A DNA stretch of 63,976 nucleotides, counting the filler, from Piptocephalis cylindrospora (Eukaryota), in the NCBI GenBank assembly GCA_003614145.1. It is 3 parts of 3 records of this genome, joined end to end, with 100 filler letters (N's around TTAATTAATTAA, not from the genome) between each part and the next. Parts side by side here need not be neighbours in the genome. Positions count along the whole stretch, not along the records: positions 24,336 to 48,567 come from KZ987789.1; 2 more parts are not named here. One strand, 5' to 3'. Positions 24,236 through 36,336 of the stretch are shown here, piece by piece. How positions within the stretch are numbered: position 1 is the stretch's first letter; every line of letters starts with the position of its first letter. The position numbers were made by a program, and so were the translations under genes. Under the pieces are notes generated by a model that saw only the letters and a program-made list of their open reading frames with translations, made no database searches and had not been told where the DNA came from.

Positions 24236-24335
24236 NNNNNNNNNNNNNNNNNNNNNNNNNNNNNNNNNNNNNNNNNNNNTTAATTAATTAANNNNNNNNN
24301 NNNNNNNNNNNNNNNNNNNNNNNNNNNNNNNNNNN
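24236..24335. other. Artificial contig spacer (N44-TTAATTAATTAA-N44)
   Basis: 100 nt of Ns with a central all-frame-stop 12-mer, preceded by a long poly-G run. Identical in form to the spacer at 48568. Confidence 0.97.
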
Positions 24336-24517
24336 GGAGGTTTGGGCTGAGCTGGGTTGGGCGTGGAGGAGGCGAGAGAGAGGGGAGGAAGAAGAGAACA
24401 ATATCAATTAACACACGTCAAGTGAGAGGAGAAGGGGGGTGGAGGGGACGTGGGTGGAGTTCACACTGCCCCCCCCTCCTATCAAAAAAAAAAAAAAGAA
24501 AAGGAGGGGGGTGGGAA

Positions 24518-24548
<31 letters not shown>

Positions 24549-25018
24549 GATAGGGCGAATCTAAAAGGGGAAGGAGCCGGGTAGTTGGATGGGGGGGTAG
24601 GACAAGGAAACATCCCAATTCATTCATAGGCTCATCCTTTATCTTAAGAGAGGATATGGGGATGATCTGGAATGATACTACATAGCGGTTAATAATAACC
24701 AGAATAATCATGGTACAGTCTTTGCGTTTCAATTTGCCTTGATGCATTCACATGCTCCAGATGTGTCGTGATGCCTTCAGACCCCCTTACGCACTCAAGA
24801 CGTGCCATGGTGCCTTCAGACCTCCTTACATGCTCCGAACATGCCCTGTGGTACGGTCAGCTCACTGTATTCACCCACCCTTTCAATCCCTCCTTCCTGC
24901 CACCGGGCCAAATTCACATTATTTTTGAATGGATTTCCCCACATTTTCGCTTGGTCGCCTCCGCATTAGACCCTGGCCACCTCATGAACCAATGGCCATC
25001 CATACTCTTGATTCCTAG

Positions 25019-25600
25019 ATGACATCACCATCGTTTTCATGGCAAAGTGATGTGATGGGGCCACGGGAAAATCCAGAGGGGTCGTATTTATCAACAAGAA
25101 AAGCAACTCGAGGAAGGGCTCCCGTCGTTGGAGCCTTCCCCCTTTCTCCTTCCTTTGTCTCCTCCCTACCTCTCCTCCCACAATCCATTCTATCTCCCTC
25201 CACTCCCTCCATGCCTCTGTCTGCTTCCTCCCTCCCTCCCCCTCCTCCAACCCCACTGGTTCCCTCGGCTGAGGATGCCAAGAAGATCCAGGAGGATGTT
25301 AAAACATCCAGGGCCCGACTACAAGCCTTTGTCAACGAAGCCCCCAAGGTCACCTACTCCTTTGACTCTAGCCCGACGGAGAGGGTTAGCTTTTGCTGTA
25401 GAGCTCCAGGCGCTGGGCCCCCTGGATCAGGAGCGTCTGGTACGGGCGAAGGAGTGGCCGATGCCGTGACTGGTCAACAGACTTGCGTTCGACTGGGTCT
25501 GAACCAGCGGGAAATGTTCGAGTCCATGCAATCCCTTGGCTTTTTCTGTCAAGTTCCCTCCAATCCTCATTTAACCCACTTGGAATGTAGAAGAATCTGA
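25019..25600 (+). CDS. Hypothetical protein with small Cys-containing C-terminal domain (start uncertain, possibly 25211)
   Basis: 193-aa ORF. A Pro/Ser-rich part is followed by an ordered-looking domain AKKIQEDV..VSFCCR..QTCVRLGLNQREMFESMQSLGFFCQVPSNPHLTHLEC. Confidence 0.55.
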   Translation: MTSPSFSWQSDVMGPRENPEGSYLSTRKATRGRAPVVGAFPLSPSFVSSLPLLPQSILSPSTPSMPLSASSLPPPPPTPLVPSAEDAKKIQEDVKTSRARLQAFVNEAPKVTYSFDSSPTERVSFCCRAPGAGPPGSGASGTGEGVADAVTGQQTCVRLGLNQREMFESMQSLGFFCQVPSNPHLTHLECRRI

Positions 25601-26945
25601 CGCAGGCTTGCTTCCCTGGCAGGATGGAAGGGGGATCGGCTTTTTGAGGCGGAAAAGAGAGGGCGAATAGAAGATGACGGATTCTTGATTTTACCACCTG
25701 ATCCTTGTGATGGTAACGGCAGCATCGAGAGAAGAGGCCTTGTAGGCATCGAGGAGGACAAAGTTTGACATGCTTATAATTTATCCTCTTTCATCGTCGT
25801 CCTAGGATCAACCGCTCTTCAGTCGACAGGCCCATACTCTCCTCGAGAGGCGCTGTTTTGCTTTGACCATTTAAATAGATTCAAGTATTTTGCCATGATA
25901 TCCCTTCGCTCACTGATGATACGGCCAAGCCAAGCCATTTCGCTGTGTGCTATCCTCACGACCCATCTGACTCCCGCAAACTCGCCATTCTATACTCACT
26001 AGGATCCCGTCTCCTGGACCATGAAAAAGCGCTCTATGACTCTGGTGATGATGATGAAACCGTTCTATTTTCCCCTTAGTGGCGTAGGAGCTAAATGGGT
26101 ATCCGAACACAGCATCCCGCCTCAATGGCCGGCGACTCTATGGCTCTGGTTATTCAGTCCTTTTCCATACTAAATGGTACTCATATCAGTAAAGCTCCCC
26201 ATATCCATTTAATCTTCCTCGTCCCCCACCCCCCTCCCCACATGGTGCTTCTCTATGCTTTATGAGAATGCTCCTTGCGCATCCCTTCTCGTGGGACCTG
26301 CCTGGTCTGGGGAGAGGGGGGATCCATGCTTGCATATAACTCCTGGTGCTCATGTCTCATTCATGGAACCATTTTCTGCCGTGCACGCACGTATCAACTT
26401 TCCCATACACAAACCTCTCTAGTGCATTTATTGTCCTGTAGCTGGATGGGCCGAGGAGAGCGGGCGAGGACAGAGACGGCGGACGGGGGGAGGATCCGCT
26501 TGGTCACACATCTTCAGCCCACTGCGAACTTGCTCTCTCCTACCGAACAACTCCACCTCCCCGTCTCCCTTGCTCCTACTGTGTGGGGAAATCACCTTGG
26601 GACGACCCATCTCCATCTTCAGAGCCTCCAGCCGCTTCTCCGATCTCCGCCTTCCATCTCTCACACTATAGAGTCAAGCTATCCAAGGGTGAGGAGACCT
26701 GTCCTGCCCACCTCCTCACTCTTCTCTTCTCTTCTCTTCTCTTCTCTTTCCTCCTCACTCCCCTTCCTGCTCTTCCTCTTCCTCTTCCTCTTCCTCCTTC
26801 TCTCTCTTCTCCCCCCTCTTCATCTTATTCTCCCCATTCCCTTGCAGGAAGCCATCTTTATTCTTTCCTGCCCTGATCCCTTCCTCTCCCAGTACACGAG
26901 AGCTCCCTTCTTTCCTCTTCCATCTCTACAATCCCTCCCACGCTA

Positions 26946-29904
26946 ATGGACGTTGATGTCCTTGCTACTGGATTCGTTGACTGGGCCAACGAGTATGAGG
27001 TGAGCACCCCGGTCACCACCATCGCTGACCTGGCCGACGGTGCCATCCTCTTTGAGATCCTTCACACTGTGTATGTTCAAGTGCTGTGCGCTCGGGATTC
27101 CTCATCCTCCTTGACCTCTCTCCTCACTCCCTTTCTCCCCATCTCCACAGTGACTCAAAGAGATTCAAACTCAATCGTGGGCATGAAGTAGGCGAAAATT
27201 GGGTCATGAGGTTCAATAACCTCAAACGTCTTCATCGTCTCCTCATTCGTCACTTTGAGGAACACTCCGAATCCTCGGCCTCTGAGCGTGGTGGCGAACC
27301 CACCAACCTGGATGGCCTATTCAAGGATGCTCCCAACCTTACCGCCATTGCCAAGGAATCTGATCCCGCCGAACTGGTCAAGCTGTGTCAGCTGGTCGTG
27401 TACATCGCCTGCCAGGGGGAGACCGCCTCCGATTGCGTCGCTAAGATCCAACGTCTCACTCAAAACAGCCAAAAAGCCATGATGCTTGCCATCGAACGGG
27501 TCCTCGTTCTCCTCGGTGGTGCCGACATGTCCCAGGGGAACCCTGCCCCCCTTTCTCCCCCCGCTAATGGCTCCTCCTCCACCCCCGGTAGACAGGGTGG
27601 TCATCAAAGGAGCCCCAGTAGCACCAACCCCAGCACCAACCCCAACTCCCTTGCTCATCCCACTGGATCCGGCCATACCAGGGGTCCCTCTGGCTCCCAT
27701 CATGCCTCCACCTTTGAGTTCACCGAGGAGGATGAAAAACTCATCCGTCTCCAATCCGATTACAATCGTCTCAAGGCCGAGCGGGAAGAGCTGGAGCGTC
27801 AGCACCGTTCCGCCATCGATGATCAGATGGAGCAGCGCGCCAAGGTTGAAGAACTCAATGATGAGTGCACCGATCTTCGTCTACGTCTCCGGGAGATGGA
27901 ACAGGCCGCTAGCCTGGCCAGTGAATCAGGCAAAGCTGACTTTTTCCTCCGTACCGAGATCGACAGTTACCGTCTGGAGCTGCAAAAGAGCGAGCAACAG
28001 ATTCACGATTGTGAGCAGACCATTGAGAAACAGAATCTGACCATCGTCGATCTGAGTCGCAAGGTGAGCTTTTCCTTCTTCTTTCTGTATAAAAGGGAAA
28101 TCATCTTATCTTACCTCACCTCACCTTATCTCATCACCCCTCCCCCCCTCCTCTTTTCCCCTAGGTCGAAAGTCTCGGGAGAAAGGCTGAACTGGCTGTC
28201 AAGTACAAGGACCAATTGCATGAACACAAACACTTGGAGGAAAAGCTCTCCAGGGCCGAGATGCTCCGTGATAAGTACCGGAAGAAGCTGGAGGAGTCGG
28301 GTGACATGAAGAAGCAGATCAAGTCCCTAGAGGAGCAGAATTCCCAAGTGGGCGAAAGACTTACCTTCGCCGAGGAGGAGTACAGGAAAGTTCAGGCCTT
28401 TAAGCCGATGATGGACTCGTACAAGGATCAGGTTCAGCAACTCACCTCCAAGATCAACCAGATGGTCATCGAAAAGAACAAACTGGATTATGATATCCGT
28501 CGGTACCAGGAGAAACTCACCATCACCGAGCTAGAGAGACAAAGGGACCAGGATCAGATCTCCACCCTGGAGGAGCGGATGCGTGAGCTAGAATTTGGCG
28601 GTGATCCCCATCTCATAGGACCCCGGGATGATGGGGGTGAGACCGAGGGGGAAGGGGAGGATGAGGATGGTATGGTCCTAGGGGAAGATGGGGAGCCCAT
28701 GACTCCTACTCCTGGTGGGGGAGGGTCTAGACTTCCCCCAAGTGCCCGGGTCGAACGGAGGATCTTTGAGCTCAAGTCCCGGGTCACCTCACTTGAACGG
28801 GAAAATGATTCGTTGAGGCATGAGCGGTCTCAAGATGGAGCAGATCATCGTGTCAAGCTCCTCGAGTCCATGCTCGATGATGCTAATAAGCTCAAGGACC
28901 AATTTCAACAAGATTTCCTTAATGCTAAAAAGCACAATATGCTCCTAGATAATGAGATCTCCCGTCTGGAGGGCGGGGTGGACCATGACCTATCTCTCTC
29001 CCTACGTCAACGTCTCAATGAGTCCGAAGAAGCCATCCAAATTTCCAGACGTAAATTGGCTGAGACCGAGGTCACCCTGGAGGAATGCCGTAAGGATCTG
29101 ATTGTTGCCAAGTCTAATTTGAACCTGGTTGACAAGGACAAGGTGGATGCTCTCAATGAGATGCGCAAGGAGGCCCAAGTGGGCATGGAGGATCTGTCCA
29201 GGGAGCATGCTGCCATGAAGACTCGGGTGGCTGACCTAGAGAATGAGTCGGGATCCCGGTTGGAGAGGCTCAATCAAGTTCTCATTGAAAAGGATCAGCT
29301 TCAGGCCCTCGTCGTCAAGCACAAGGATGAGATGCTGGAGAAGGAGAAGGCCCTTTCGGAGCTCAAGGCTCAAGTGGCCATTCAGGACTCCAGGGAAGCC
29401 TATGATGTTGAGACGGCAAAGTCCCATCTCGAGGGCGAGATCCAACGAGGAGAACGGCTCATCGAGGAGAATTCCCTCCTGAAGGAGCAGGTTGCGCAAC
29501 TTCAGGTCAAGATGCAGAAGGCCAAGGAGTTCATCAAGCAGCAGGATCATCAGCATCGTGGATCTCTAGGTGGTCTGGGACTCGACGGCCCCCCCACCCC
29601 TTCCTCCTCCTCCCACTCCTCTTCCCTCTCTTCCAGTGGTGGCCTGGGCCCTCACTCCTCCCTCGAGGAGGCCCTGGCTGCCACACGGGTCGAGCTTCGC
29701 AATCGGGAGGAGGAGATGGAGCGTCTCCGGTGGACCATGTCCAAGCAACGGACGCTTTGGCGCAAGGAACAAGGGGTCATGCTCACGGCCTGGTACGAGC
29801 TGGGTCGAAGGGTCCAACGGGATCATCTGGCCACCCAGCGTACCGGCACCACTTGGCTATCTGCTCAGCGTCGGGCCGTGGATATTCAGACCAAACGTCG
29901 TTAA
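26946..29904 (+). CDS. Hook family dynein-endosome adaptor (HookA/Hok1-like); join(26946..27070,27151..28063,28165..29904)
   Basis: Hook N-terminal CH-like domain (FVDWANEY..TIADLADGAILFEILHTVDSKRF..ENWVMRFNNLKRLHRLL..PNLTAIA), long coiled coil, and C-terminal KEQGVMLTAWYELG..TWLSAQR. Confidence 0.92.
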
Positions 29905-30295
29905 TTCTTCAGTTTAGCGTGATCATGGTGATGTGAGGGGATGACGTGGCCGGGTGATTTATCGTTCTTTTTGTTATGCTGTTGTTGTTACTGTCGTATG
30001 CGTTGGAATGAATAGGAAGGCGAAGGAAGAGGTATTTCTGGTTTTTAAGAATGCTTGATGAGTAGAACTTGGACATTGGACTCGGGATCTCGTTGCATTA
30101 ACGTATGTACATATGTGTGCGAAAAAGGAATGATTCATCCTACTGCTTGATTTGTCGGAGGCTAAATGGGCGGGGAGATATGCCTATACACCAAAGATAA
30201 TGATCCTGGGAGTGGGAGGATGCAGTATTTTCCAAAGCCGAAGTAAGTCAGCATCCTCTGAAAGACACATCAGACTCCTTTCTTCCTTGAACACG

Positions 30296-31198
30296 ATGCC
30301 CTCTTCTCCACTAAAGTCTCCTTTAGAGCCCTATGCTCTGACCCACCCAACGCTTCCAAAAGGTCTCTACTACATCCCTGACTTTATCACGGAAGATGAG
30401 GAAGCCCAACTGGCTCGCAAGGTAAGACTTGGAGTCGGACGGCTTCGTACTGTCCTGATCTCTATCCCATCTAGGTAACTGAGGCTCCTAGGAGTAAATG
30501 GGTTACATTATCACGTCGACGGCTACAAACCTACGGTAAGCCCATAATGACTACAATTTCAGGATGTTGAGTCATACTTTTCTCGCCTAGGTGGAACCCC
30601 GCATGCAAAGGGAACAATCTTGGAGCCGTTGCCCTCCTGGACGCAGGTGCCTTTTGATCGGTTTCGCGCTCTAGGGATTTTCACCAAAGTGTCATATCAT
30701 CCCAATCATCTCTTGGTTAACGAGTACCTAGCCGGTCAGGGCATCATGGTAGGTAGAGGGGATATGCACGCGCATGCATAGGATCAAATAAGCACAGCTA
30801 AATGTCTTTATCTGTAGCCTCATGAAGATGGCCCTTATTATCTTCCCACGGTGGCCACCATTACCTTAGGATCCTACACTGTTCTCGACCTCTACCCACC
30901 TAATCCTACCTTCCCCGAAAAAGGACCAGCAGCATCTATCCTCTTGGAAAGATGCAGCCTGGTCATTCTGTCTGGGGAAGCGTATACAGCCTGGCGTCAT
31001 GGTATTGCCGAGAGAAGTAGTGACGATCGGGTGATAGGGACGGCCAAAGATGACCTTGACCGATGGGTCGACCCATCCACTCTCCCCTCATCTCCTACTA
31101 GGGATTTTTCCCAGATTTTGTCAAGAGGCACGCGAATTTCCTTGACGTATCGACAAGTCGCCAAGCCTATTCGCATCCCTCGAGCTCTTTTACGATAG
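30296..31198 (+). CDS. ALKBH6: AlkB-family Fe(II)/2-oxoglutarate dioxygenase, ALKBH6-like (4 exons)
   Basis: LYYIPDFITEDEE..KWVTLSRRRLQTYGG..LPSW..PNHLLVNEYLAGQGIM|PHEDGPYY.PTVATITLGS..WRHGI..RGTRISLTYR, giving the HxD..H and RxSxTxR motifs. Three short GT-AG introns. Confidence 0.9.
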
Positions 31199-31259
31199 AG
31201 ACATCATTCATCCTTTACTACGTATCATCTCTGTGTATTCATTCACCCTTATTCTCGCT

Positions 31260-32135
31260 CTAAGAGGACTTGGCCTTGGCTGCAAGCTTATACTCCCTTG
31301 CCTCCTTCTTGTCCTTGAGGATCTGAGCAAGTTGGGCTGCGGGCCGAGGACGGCGAGGGGAGATGGGGAGGCCAAGGCCGGAGAGGAGACACCGGGCCTG
31401 AGCATTGGTGGTGGCCGAGGTAACAATGGAAACTTCAAAGCCATAGAGCCTAGGGTACATGTCAAAGACATCCTCAATCTCCGGGAACATGCCCATGGTG
31501 GTAGAGGGGAAACCCAGGGCAATGGTGCCGTACCCATCACCGGCACGAGGCGATACGGACCTCCACTCCTTGAGTCGGGGCAAGACCACCTCGACCAGGC
31601 GTTCGAGGAAAGCATAGGCCCTCTCGCCCTCTAGGACGACCTTACAGCCTACGGGACTGCCCCGACGCAGATGCCAAAGGGAGACATCGGACTTGGCCTT
31701 GACAACGGTGGGCCGGACGCCAGTGATGCTCTGAAGGGACATGTACATGCTGAGGAGGGAGAACTTATTGGCTACTACCTCCCGGGACATGGAGTGCAAG
31801 ACAATCTTTTCGATGCATGGCACGTTGGCCGGGGCTGGTGGACCCTGGGGAGGGAGGACCACGCGCTTCCTCGGATCCCTAGGTGTAGTGCCCAGGGTGT
31901 AGAGTTCATTCCTCTTCCCGGTCAGTTCGGTGATGGGGCTAGGACCCTTCCTTGGGGCCTTGATTGAGGCATCGTGCTTGTAGGTCATCAGGTTCAAGTC
32001 GTCCACAATAGTGTTTGTATAATGAGTGTGGAGACGGGAAGGGGCAATGGCCTTTGGCAGGGTCGAGAGGGCTCTGTGGCCTCCTCCTAGGCGCAGAAGG
32101 GGTTTTGCCAAGCCGAAGGTGCGTACACTTTGCAT
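31260..32135 (-). CDS. MRPL7: Mitochondrial 54S ribosomal protein uL5m (Mrpl7)
   Basis: Presequence followed by the uL5 domain: NVPCIEKIVLH..LQSITGVRP..WHLRRGSPVGCKVVLEGERAYAFLERLVEVVLPRLKEW..FPEIE. Confidence 0.92.
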   Translation of the reverse strand: MQSVRTFGLAKPLLRLGGGHRALSTLPKAIAPSRLHTHYTNTIVDDLNLMTYKHDASIKAPRKGPSPITELTGKRNELYTLGTTPRDPRKRVVLPPQGPPAPANVPCIEKIVLHSMSREVVANKFSLLSMYMSLQSITGVRPTVVKAKSDVSLWHLRRGSPVGCKVVLEGERAYAFLERLVEVVLPRLKEWRSVSPRAGDGYGTIALGFPSTTMGMFPEIEDVFDMYPRLYGFEVSIVTSATTNAQARCLLSGLGLPISPRRPRPAAQLAQILKDKKEAREYKLAAKAKSS

Positions 32136-32478
32136 GATGGAAGAGGGGAGGATGAGGCAAGAGATGGCCTTGAAGCGCGTCGAGTGAGACTTGTCCTTGT
32201 TTTGTTCGTGAGTGCCTAGGAGGGAGGTCCGGGTAAGGCAGGTTTATGGGCGTGGAGCAAGGAATAAAACCAACCTCGGAGATCCATGAAAAAAGAGGTG
32301 TTTTTGACGCGAAAAAGCTTTATCGGAGTTTTTTTTAAGAGAGTAAATGAAATTTTTTTGAGGGAGACTTGGAAGGGTATGCACGTCTTTGCCTGGATGA
32401 TATGAGAGGATCACAACAAGAGCGGTGTCTCCTTTGACATCCTTCCATTCCCAATTCTTGCCTGCATCCCAGCTCAAG

Positions 32479-34445
32479 ATGGCCACTTCTACATCCCGCC
32501 TATGCTCTAGCCTTGCGGAGGAGCATTTTGGACCCTTGGTTGGAGTATGTAAGGGAGAGGTGGAGCTCACTGCCACATCTACGGACACTCACATCTTTGA
32601 TCCCTAGACTGTGACGGAAATGTTGGGGAGAAAGGGAAGGATGACACTGATTGGGCTTCAAAGAACTACGGGTATCAAGCTACCCAACTTGCGCCAAGCA
32701 CTCTTTGTCCTTATGCACCATCATTGCGTTACATATGCTCGGACTGAGGAGGGCCATGGCAAGGATCAGACGTACTATATGCTCAAGACGGAGGAGTTAC
32801 TGGAACGGGCCGAGTTTCCAGCTTATCTTGGTGTGGCCAAAGAGGCCTTTGGGGACGAGGTGAGTTTTTAGGAGAGATGATTGGATGATTAAGGGGCTCT
32901 CTAGATCCTGACATTAACAACATCCTTTCTCTCTACCCTGCTGCGCTCTAGGGCGTAGTTATCGCTAAGGAATTAATGGTCCATGGGAGTATCTCCTTGA
33001 AGGCCTTGCTCGAACGGTCCGCTTCATTGTCTGCAGAGAGTAAGTGAGGCGCATTGACATGTATTGGTAACCCTATTCTTCTCCTCTCACACTTGCTTCA
33101 TAGACAAGCCAGCGGCATTAAGGAAGACCTTTACACAAATGACTTTGGAAAAGTACCTTAGAGCTGTACGACCCACAGACTTTATCACACCAGAGGATAG
33201 AAAAATGCGGGCAGAGAGCCTGGAAATTGCTCGGTTGACCGGGCCCGCCACTACCAAGGAGCTCGAAGCCATTCGGGCTCGTGTGGCCCTTGCCCAGAGC
33301 GAGGAAGATAGGAAAGTGTTGGGGCTAAAGCGTCGAGGAGCACCAGATGAAGTTGGAGTGGGGCGGGCCAGTAAGCGGCATGCCTCCTCTGGTGGAGATG
33401 ATCTTGGGAGCCCCGTGTCCAGAGGGGACGGTGATAGGGAGGTGGTGGATGAAGACATGCTCTTCCGTCTGTCCTTCCCTGGCTTTCGTTGGCATTTACG
33501 GAATAAGGTACGATTGTGTCCATGGAAGATTATTGATGAGTTAGAAGAAGAAGAAGAATTCAGGTCATCTAAACCCTTTCCCATTGAATCTGTACCATTT
33601 AGGCCCTAGTTCGATGGATTTCAAATAGGATTAGCCCTTCAGCTTCGCTTATTGTCCAAGCCATGCTCTCTTTGACTCACATGTCGCCTGGAGGTACCGA
33701 GGAGGTTAGGTCCAGTGCTGTGGGCCTTGGCCATATCTCCCATGCGGTACCGGGGACCCTGGATCTGGGCCAGGGGCTCTCTTTCCCCTCAGATGGACCG
33801 CCGCCCACAACGGATCGATGGGAGCTCCTCCTGACGTATATGGAGATTCTGGTGGCCGAATCCTCTGAGGTGATCCTTCGGTCGGATGACCGGGGCTCCA
33901 TGGGAGGGGGAGAGTACGTGGTGGACTGGGTTAGGTTCCTCCGGTTGCGTCGGGAGGAGACAATTGTGCGCATGGCGACGGAGCGGACGGGTATGACTGG
34001 GGCCCGATTATGGCGTCTTATTCTTCGCCGAGGCTGGCTGGATGAAAAGGGTCTAGGAAAGATGGCACTTCTGCCGGCCAAGGAGGGACGAGAGCGTATT
34101 CAGGCTTTACATCAATTGGGTCTGGTTCGATTACAAGAGATCCCAAAGTCGCTGGATCGGGCGCCTAATCGGACTTTTTACCTCTGGTTCATCGATCTAC
34201 CCTATGCCTATGCCTCTATTCGCCGGATCCTCCTCCAGACGCTGGGCAATGTCCGAAGACGCCGGGAACGAGAGGTTGGAGAACGAGGGCACATTCTTCG
34301 ACGGATGGAACGGCCTGATCTCATTTCCGATCCCTCCCTTATTTCTCAGGCTGATCGTCTAGAGAGGGATCGACTGGAGAAGATAGTGGGGAAATTGAGG
34401 TTGGCTGAAGGACGGCTGTCCGGGCTGGTGTCACTTTTTGGGTGA
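32479..34445 (+). CDS. RPC82: RNA polymerase III subunit RPC3/Rpc82 (multi-exon)
   Basis: RLCSSLAEEHFGPLV..GRMTL..LRQALFVLMHHHCV (HTH_9-like) and C-terminal GARLWRLILRRGWLDEKGL.KMALLP.KE.RE..LQEIPKSLDRAPNRTFYLW. Four GT-AG introns. Confidence 0.9.
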
Positions 34446-34620
34446 GGTATGTAAGGGAGAGGATAAGTGATGGATGGGAGGACAGATATGGATGGGAAGA
34501 GAGAATAAGAAACATTTATAGCGTGTGTGTACGTCAAGGAGTGTGGATACATGAACGTAGGGTGTTCTAGAGAAAGAGTGAGGGGGATCGTTTGGATTAA
34601 CCAGGATGAAATGGCCAAGG

Positions 34621-35771
34621 TCATGGAGATAGAGTTGGAGTTGATGAGGGGGTTGGGTCATCTGTGCTTGGTGGGTTTGTTCCGGAGGATGGAATGGGAG
34701 CGGGAACCTCAGTGGAAGGAGATTCTCCAGTGAAGCGCACGATAATGACAATGGCGAGAAAGGCAATGAGGAGGATGATGAGGAAGAGAAACCTTCGACT
34801 GGTATCTCGTTTCTGGTAGCTTAACCCCTGATGGTGGTGGGGAGGAAGAAGGTTAATAGGGGCGGTGGGATGTACATACACAGAGACTCCTCGGTACTCA
34901 CCTGATCCAATTCATCTACACCCCGTTTGGCATGGGTGTGGACTTGTTCAATGTTATAGTCAATACGATCAAGAAGGGTACCTTGGTCGATGACGAGGGA
35001 GGAGAGCTCGTGGAAGATGTCGGCCAATTCAGCGACAGATCGGGAGATGGCCGAGATCTCCGAGTCCCTTGCCCGGATCACCGAGTCCATATCTTCCATC
35101 CCCTGAATGTCCTCTTGAGTCAGGAGACCCCCGCCTTTCCCGGAGAGGGAGTCATCTTGGGAGTCAGAGACGGCAGACGAGGGATCATCCTTAAAGACGT
35201 CATCTACAAGAAACTCCTTGGTCCGGGATTCCCTGCCTCGCAGTTGGTCCAAGTAGGTAGATTGCCGATTCCTCAGGGTGGCCGATACCTCCTGGACCTT
35301 GGCCGCCATGGCGCTGGACACATTCTTGGCAAGGACTCCCTCGGCAGCTTGATCCCCACCGGCGGCCGAGGAAGCATCTCCCACCCGCTTGACCATACCC
35401 TGGGCCTTTCGGATATCTTGAGTAATGGAAGTTGTCAGCTGTTCAATCGCCCTTTCCTGGTCGGGAGAATCATCTTCTAGCCCGGCAAGAAGATGCTTTC
35501 GATGCAGAGCGTCAAGAGAGGTGAGCTGGGTGTGAATCCCGGCCAGGTCCTCATCCAACTCCTCCATCACATCCACCCACTGGGGAGGTAGTTGAGACAT
35601 TTCAATGGTGACCTGATCTGACGGTTCCAGCGAATTCTGCTCCATCAGCCCCGCCCTCTCCTCGTCCCCAAGGAGGCCCTGACCCATCCTTCCTCCCCTA
35701 CTCAGGTGGGATGATCGAGTGAAGGAGGAGCGATACTGCAAGAACAACAGGGTCCTGCTACGAGTAGTCAT
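34621..35771 (-). CDS. TLG2: Syntaxin-16/Tlg2 t-SNARE; complement(join(34621..34827,34902..35771))
   Basis: N-peptide TRSRTLLFLQYRSS, LPPQWVD, SNARE motif RDSEISAISRSVAELADIF..IDQGTLLDRIDYNIE, and a C-terminal TM after the intron. Confidence 0.92.
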
Positions 35772-36336
35772 GGGAACTGCGTGGAGAGGATCGGGTTGTT
35801 GGCGTCAGAGGAAGATGAGGGAGGGCCGATAGGGGGAGACGTAGACGGTGGGGAGAGCCAAGATAAATTGGGCCGAGATAAGGGAAAGGAGGGGTGACTT
35901 GGCTAGTGGAGATGAAGAAGAAAGGAGAGATGGGAGAGGCCACCAGGCTCTTTATTGCCCCTTCTGTCTCTTTCTCCTTGAAACCCTAGGATATTATCCC
36001 TTACGCCAATACCCTTCATCACATTCGCTGGGCCTTCTGCACACAACCAGCAAGCCAAGCCCGGACAGATGCCCCTGTGTGTGGCCCTAAATCTATATAT
36101 CCACTGTTTCATGGGAAGCTTATGGTGTGGGAGATAGACGCACAGAGAGAGGGCCAGGATACTGAAGGGACGCGGAGTAAGCGCTACTCTCTATTGTCTG
36201 ATACCCCAGCCAATGCTTTTAATGATCCTTGCCCTCCTGGGCAGTGTGATGGATAGGAATGGTGTTTCTCAATTTTATCGAAGAGGATCCCACGCCTCCT
36301 TTCTTGCCTACCTCATATCTCATCTCATCCCTTCCC

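Noticed and set aside
24280..24291. TTAATTAATTAA palindrome within Ns (also 48612-48623)
   Set aside because: Artificial all-frame-stop linker used to concatenate contigs. It is not biological and breaks synteny inference.
24180..24550. Long poly-G runs flanking the first gap (and poly-C at 65-99)
   Set aside because: Low-complexity homopolymers at contig ends with unreliable length. Cannot be interpreted as functional G-quadruplex elements from this data.
25913..25970. TGATGA...CTGA pair resembling a small C/D snoRNA
   Set aside because: Only about 58 nt, no clear terminal stem, and only an 8-nt match (CTCACGAC) to LSU rRNA that is not adjacent to box D.
26275..26946. 223-aa ORF with Leu/Phe/Ser-rich hydrophobic stretch upstream of Hook
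   Set aside because: It is the translation of a CT-rich promoter/5'-UTR tract and has a non-ATG start.
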